A DNA stretch of 64,000 nucleotides from assembly GCF_000315625.1 (NCBI RefSeq), contig NW_005434613.1, positions 55,998 to 119,997 of the forward strand, read 5' to 3'. The number at the start of each line of letters is the position of its first letter. Within the stretch, counting starts at the first letter, position 1. Below the pieces are notes generated by a model. The model did not search any database. It was given only the letters and a program-made list of their open reading frames with translations, and was not told the origin of the DNA. This DNA is from Guillardia theta CCMP2712. Taxonomy: Eukaryota; Protista; Cryptophyta. Of the stretch, positions 57,701-64,000 are shown in pieces. Made by a program: the position numbers and the translations under genes.

Positions 57701-60700
57701 GTCGGATCCGACCTCTTACACTGCTGGAGGCAGTTGTCAGTGGTGTCGATCCAGAGCGTAGCAGAGCCTGTGATGTTGTACTTCTTGTACTCCGGGAAGT
57801 CGATGAACGGGTTGGCCATGAGCGGCCCAGGCACGTCGTTGACGCAGCTTGTCCTGGGGCGGATGCCCCAGGTGAATGGCTTTGGGACGTCATTGAACTG
57901 ATCCTCAGCAGCTTCGAATCGAGGGGCTGACCGGACGACGATGTCACTTGACAAGTAGCCGACGAAGTTGACCAGGGTCGACCGGTTCGAGCCAAGGACA
58001 ACCGCCCCGTCTAAGAACGCCTTGCCGCTCACGTTGAGGTTCTGTCCTACGAAATGATCGATGTCCTGCAGGTTTCCTGTCGTGATCACTCGGCCGCTGG
58101 CGTCAGGGAACTGCATCGAAGATCTCCGCTGCGACTGGGTGCCGAACTTGAGGACCGTCCTGGAGGCCTCTCGAGTCGTGAACGCAGTCCCGTTGAAGGA
58201 ACCGACATAATCGTAGGGGTTCTGAAAGATGATAGTCTCGTTCATCCTCGGCCTCACACTCAAAATCGCTGCATCCCTATTGCTGTCGTTGGATACCTGG
58301 AACCCTTGGTTGATGTATGAGGGGCCACTGACAAACACACTCGTCAGAGTTCCCGTGTCTTTCGTGATCCCCTCCAGGTTCCCTGTCGTCAGCACTGTCC
58401 CGTCGACGAAGGGAACCACCAGCCTCGACACGGGGTCCATCTTCAGCGTGGGGCTCGAGGGCTCGAACTCCAACACGGTAGTGGACGTGGAAGTGAGGAC
58501 GTTAAGTTGACCCGGCCCTCTGCTAGCATCGTAGGTGTATCCGGCCCGCTGGCCTCCGTGCGGGTAGAGGTAGTGCTTGCTGGGCTCCCTTGGCGGAAGC
58601 CTCACACCGGATTTGAGTTTGTCGGGCCCGAACTCAAAAAGGCCGTTGACCTGCATGTCATTCTGCACTCGCAGGCTCGATACATTGCCGGACTCAAAGC
58701 TGATCTTGTCAAGATTCCCGGTAGTCAAAAGGTCGCCGTCAACGAAGGAAGGCACGGACAAGGTGTTGTTTGCCAGCTTGCTGCTGACCTGTTGGATCCC
58801 GCACGTGCCGTCGTAACATCTTTCAAACTTGAGCGCGGTCGTGCTCTCGTAGCTCGACCAGCCCTTGAGCTCGGCCGAGAGAACGCCCATGGCGGTGATG
58901 TCCTCAAGGTTGCCAGTCGTCACGATGGTGCCGCTGGCATCCGGGATCACCAGCGTCCGAGGCCTTTGAGGCTCAGTGAAGTTCACTGTGGTGGTGAAGT
59001 TGGGTACTTGCGACAGGTCCATGCATCGGAAGCCGAAGTCGTGCTCGTAGCAGGTAAGCGAGGGATCGTTCACACATGCCCCCCCATCCGTACACTCATC
59101 AGAGCTCTTGCATATCTCGCCATTCCTTGAGCCCCCAACGCAGAACTGAGGCCGCGATCGCCGCGCCGGGCAAACCTTCTGGTTGACAGCTGCAGGCGTG
59201 AGGACGCTGCAGCAGCAAACGAAGCACCTCTCAAGGGTTGTGACGCTCGCAAAGGTGTTCTTCCAGGTGTGTTCTGGCGAGTACTGGTTTGCGATTCTAG
59301 TGAAGATGCTCGGGAGGTCTGCGTTCTGTACTGATGCTTCGATGAAGAACTTCGCCAGCTCATTCCTTCCATTCCAAGGAGTGGAGACATTGTGCGACTG
59401 AATGAGTTTCCATAGACTTGCCAGCATGTCACGGGTGGCAGTGCTCGCGTGTATTGTGTCGCTGTAGAAGTCACTCAGCAGGTAGTAAACTCGGTACGCG
59501 TCAAATGTGGTAAGGTTCCAGTTCAGCCCCCGACAGTCTAAGAAGTTCATGTCCAAAGTTTCATTGGAGCAGGTCGTGTTGGAGCAAGAGAAACGTGAAG
59601 GTGGTGGAGGAATGATGTTCCCAAGGTCCTTGTGCCTCCCAGTATACACGAAAGTATCGTCTCCGCGCAACCCTGGGAGCTGATCGATATCCTCACGGTT
59701 TCCCGACGTGATGACTAGGCCAGTGCGATCAGGGAAGGTGATCGACCGCTGCTGACTGGGAGTCTCCAGGCAGAGTTTGGTATACATGCCGTCATTCACA
59801 CCTCCGTCCAGAATTAGCGGGCATTCCTTGTCAATGACTCCGTCGAAGTAGACCTGACTGTTGGTCGAATCCCTCCCGACCTGGATGTAGTCTCCTCTGA
59901 GCTCTGAAAGCATGTTCACCCGCATTGTGGCATTCCACTGACCCTCTGGCTTTGCAAACTCAATGCCGTTAATCAGCTCGCCGTGTAGTGACATGTCGAT
60001 GTTGCGGATCATCGTTAGCGCCTTGCTGATTCCTCCAATGTTCTTGTATGTGAGGAACAGAGAGTCCTTGTGGGCGACAGCATTGGGTGAGCCAACTGTG
60101 AATTCGTAAGCCGCGGTTGATGTCGAGTCCTCCAAGCTCTTTACTAGCACAGCACCGTACTTCTTCTCCGACGCATCGCAACCGAACTGTCCGATAATGC
60201 CGCAAGTATTGTTACAGTCATCGAACACTGGGACATTGCAGGGAGTGGCGGAAACTTTCAAAATGCACTGTCTCATGTTCAAACCTGAGCCGACCTGGTT
60301 GCACTGATCGCCACAACCATTGTTCACTGGGAGTCCGCAAGGGACGGCTAGAGTGTTGACGTTACAGGATCGATCGCAAAACCTCAAAGGCTGCCAATCG
60401 TCCACCCCGTTGCAGCTCTCGAAGTATTGGTCGTTCCATCGAAGAGCTCCCATCTGATCCTTTGTGCACTCGATGTTGTCCACGGGCTGAGAGATGATCA
60501 CACCGTTCACCCTGAGCTCTCCTTCAATCCTCGCTCCAGCTGTTGCTAGCAAGTTGTTCTTGATGATGTACCCTTGATCCGAAAGGGAGACCCAACCTGT
60601 GGCCTCCCCCACAAGAGTGAGAAACAAACATGCCTGTATCCCAAGGAAGTGCCTCTGGCTTCGCAGTCCTGATCCTCCATATCTCAGACGTCTTCTGTCT

Positions 60701-61017
60701 GGCCGGGAACGCTTCATCTGACATAACTTTGATCCTCTATCACATTCCTCCCTTTCACCGCAGCATCTTCCGACATGAATCCCGCTCTTTACGTGCCGTG
60801 GATCATCAGAGCCATGGCATGACTCGCAGGGAGTGCTCGCTGCCTCCTGATGCTCTTCGCTCTCGTTCCTTACTTGCCGACATGTTCGCCCACTGCAGCG
60901 TGCATCCGAACAGTCAGGGGCGAGTTGCTGATGTCGAGGATCGAAACAGCCTCGCGTTCCCGACTCATCTCTGAGTCCGAACGCCTCTAGCAGCGCAGCT
61001 AATGACGGTGGTCTCAT
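51795..61017 (-). CDS. Giant secreted/surface fibre-like protein: 13 tail-fibre-like PDxxGTxxTTGN repeats, Gal-lectin and discoidin-like inserts, C-terminal Peptidase S74 intramolecular chaperone domain + coiled coil; 9 exons
   Basis: Exons 61017(or 60717)-55853, 55709-55412 and 55355-53281, then six small exons: SSWSVLSDRNSKEDIQQVNPRLVLQ|KLVKEVPISTWSYQGDD|VRHMGPMAQDFFMAFGLGEDPTRISSVDIDG|VALASLHGLNAIQEE...|QLRKQ...|EELARRNEEL...GRR*. All junctions are GT-AG and in frame. Confidence 0.88.
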
Positions 61018-61787
61018 TGCCTAGAGTTTGCAGGCAGCAGCTCCCATGCTGCAGCACTTGGACGCCATGACAGTTTCATGTCACGTTGCCTGCGGTCGCA
61101 GCACAAGGTCAGAATGCGGCAACAGTGTAGATGGATCTATGAACATGGTGAGGCCATTACCCGTCTTGCTATCATGCAATTCTCAAGCATGTTGGCCTTG
61201 TAGGGTCGATGAATCTGTGGAGAAAGCTTGAAAGTCAGCTTCAACACGCGACATCAGCTGCAAGTCAGTCGAATGAGCAGAACAGCCCAAGCAATCATCT
61301 AGGACTGGAACATTCGCAGGAGCTCACAAAATGAAACTCATCATAGTTGAAAGTTTAGTCATTCCCCCATCCCACAATCTCGCTAAACAAAAAAATTCAT
61401 TATCCGATCGTCACTCAAAGCATTGCTCCCGTCACAGCTCTACTGGACAAGTGAGACAAATATCAACTTCCTCCCTTCTCTCAGCAGCTCCCATCCCGCT
61501 TTCTCGCTCCTCCTTTCACTAGTGTTTCCCCTCCTCTCCTCTGCCTCCTGCTGTCCCTTCCCCTCCCCCCCGTCTGCCTCCCCGCCATCGGGAATGACTA
61601 CCGAGCGGCGTTTCACCTGAACAGCTTCTGGGGCCCCTCATCCCCACACATACAGACACCTGAGGCGGGCCGTGAAATTGTCTTGTTTTTTTAATTTTTT
61701 TTAATTTTTTTTCCTCCTTCGCAAACTTCAGCCAAGGGGGCAATGGGGAGAGGAGACTAGGCGAGGACAGGAGATGAGAGAAAGAGA

Positions 61788-62177
61788 GTGTCAGTGTCAG
61801 TATCAGTATCAGTATCAGTATCAGTATCAGTATCAGTATCAGTATCAGTATCAGTATCAGTATCAGTATCAGTATCAGTATCAGTATCAGTATCAGTATC
61901 AGTATCAGTATCAGTATCAGTATCAGTATCAGTATCAGTATCAGTATCAGTATCAGTATCAGTATCAGTATCAGTATCAGTATCAGTATCAGTATCAGTG
62001 TCAGTGTCAGTGTCAGTATCAGTATCAGTATCAGTATCAGTGTCAGTGTCAGTATCAGTATCAGTATCAGTATCAGTATCAGTATCAGTATCAGTGTCAG
62101 TGTCAGTGTCAGTATCAGTATCAGTATCAGTCTCATTATGAGTATGAGTATGAGTATGAGTATGAGTCTCAGTCTCA
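61788..62177. repeat. (TCAGTA)n hexanucleotide microsatellite with TCAGTG/TGAGTA variants, followed by (GAGCAG)n
   Basis: Direct inspection. Confidence 0.97.
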
Positions 62178-62202
62178 GTATCGAGATCAAGATCAACATC
62201 CA

Positions 62203-62301
<99 letters not shown>

Positions 62302-62339
62302 TAAGGGCAGGAGCAGGAGTAGGGGCAGGAGCAGGAAAC

Positions 62340-64000
62340 ATAGCGATCATGGGGCATGGCCAGCAACACAAGGAGTCAATAATTTCGGGACCAAGGATCA
62401 GAAACTGATTCTTTCTGCCCGACCACGAAATTTATGTGAATGTCCAGGGACAGACGACGAGGAGCTGGTGAGGGCGGGAACCTGCGATGCCGTGGGTCAG
62501 GCCCGAAGGTTCAGGGGGGTCAAACTCCTTGTCATGGGAGGACGTCAGATCGTAAGCTGAAAGGCACAGTTGCAAGATCCTCCTCTGACCCCTCCCCTGC
62601 AGCAGCTCTGTGTTTGTCATGCAGAGGCACCGGTCGCACCGAGCTCCGGACTATCTCAGGTACGCTGCTGACCCTCCTGCAGGAGCTGGTTGACGGTGCT
62701 GCCAGGAACATGCTTGCTTCTGTGAGGCGCCACCTGCGCTCAGGGACTTGTGAGTACCAAATCCTCCTGGCTGATAAGGTAGGGGCAGCTCCTCCTCTGA
62801 CTTGATGTGACACGACGGTCCTACAGCATCGGACGAAGGTGGCAGAGGCAGCAACGGCAGGTGAGGAGGCGGGTGGAACGGTTCAGGTGGGTAGAGGTTG
62901 GGATGGGGTAATGATGAGATGCAGAGTCTGCGGATGAAGAATGGAGATTCCTCGAGAACAAAGTTGTCCCTCTCCTGCAGATGACGTCTACATTGTTGTC
63001 TCTTGTCTGTTGCCAGCGTCGGTCGTGATGTGAAGCTGCGCAGGTACGAAGATAATTTCTCCGCTGTCAGATGTCTCTTCGAGGCCGGTGAAGCCTTGTC
63101 GATTGACAGTTGGTCGTGAGATTGATTGCTTGACCGCAGCATACATCTTCGAGCATGACAATGAAGGTCTCTCTCCAAACCTTGAAGACTTCGCGCTTAC
63201 AAGCTCATCTGGATAGTCCCGATTGCTCGGAGGTCGATCAGCTCGTTTGTTGTCAAAGTCTGGCAGGTATGATAAAAACCAACAAGCATGTGCTTTCAAG
63301 GCACACACGTGTGATCACTCAAGGATGATCGGACAGATCTGCAAAGACATTGTTCCAACGAGCAACCTCTGGATCAAACCCATCCCTTCCTCCAACAAGT
63401 GAGCAATCCTTGCCTTGAGCATTTCATCCACGTTGAGCTTTCTGACGCTCCCCTCCCTCCAAGTGTGTTATGGCGCGTGATGGAGTCGAACGACTTCTTG
63501 ACGTTGGAAGAGAGGTTCTCAATCCGAGGCCGTGCATCACATGACGCAGGTTAGCAGTATCCTGCCTTACGAGCACTTCGAGGGGATCTTCAGGTCGATC
63601 TGGAACAAAGATCCAGTAAGCTCTCAGTTCCTTGAGCTGCAAACCCTCATGCTCAATGCAGGTCAGGTTCAGGATCCTCGTCCGGTCCAAGGAGAAGCAC
63701 GTACTTGCGCTGTCGTCGGACTTGCAGGAGCTCAAGGCACTGTGGAGGACGCTCAACGAAACTCTGCTGGTACATCTTGTCTGCTGTGGCTCGCAGGAAC
63801 CTGAAGGTTTGACCTCGTTGCGATCAGCAAGCGTTGCAAGCGGCGGGGGTTCGCCCGTGTGTGCGGTGGAGGCCAAGGGCCAATGAGATGCTGGTGATTT
63901 TGCTTGTGGATGCTTGAGGGGGATGAGTAGAGAGGGCGAGGCCGTGTTCTTGTGAAGAGATCCAGAGAGGATGTCGATGTTGATGTCGACATAGACGTTG
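62340..64000 (-). CDS. Possible 3' part of a multi-exon hypothetical gene running off the window
   Basis: Non-repetitive, coding-like sequence with several 80-175 aa minus-strand ORFs; no recognisable motif; strand not certain. Confidence 0.25.

Noticed and set aside
51795-61017. Prophage or bacterial contamination explaining the tail-fibre gene
   Set aside because: The gene has eight in-frame GT-AG introns with host-type microsatellites and eukaryotic neighbours, and no other phage genes are present.
61788-62177. Telomeric repeat
   Set aside because: (TCAGTA)n is internal and lacks the G-run structure of telomeric repeats.

Overview
Eukaryotic nuclear genomic DNA, not prokaryotic. It has many short (~45-60 nt) GT-AG introns, other introns swollen by purine/pyrimidine microsatellites, and seven N-gaps. 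Gene content and a signal-peptide+Phe bipartite plastid leader suggest an alga with a secondary red plastid, most likely a cryptophyte (Guillardia/Hanusia-like; inference). About 14 genes can be reconstructed by hand: a divergent DEAD-box helicase, the prenyltransferase alpha subunit, two paralogous membrane-anchored coiled-coil proteins, a hemerythrin-domain protein, a plastid-targeted DedA/TVP38 protein, two intronless CNBD-type K+ channel paralogs, a large conserved unknown membrane protein, a small UIM/Zn-finger/CaaX protein, an EsV-1-7-repeat protein, an RS-rich protein, a METTL21-like methyltransferase and a very large fibre-like protein. The standout is that last gene (51795-61017, minus, ~2500+ aa, spliced). 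It has a signal-peptide-like leader, 13 phage-tail-fibre-like 'PDxxGTxxTTGN' repeats, inserted lectin/discoidin modules and a C-terminal self-cleaving intramolecular chaperone (Peptidase S74) domain, i.e. an apparently domesticated phage/bacterial trimeric fibre. Three further structural patterns stand out: a mirror-symmetric nesting of paralog pairs, a 32-bp non-coding element shared in inverted orientation, and a 25-bp minisatellite whose units read GT...AG. All exon boundaries and family calls were made by eye, without searches.
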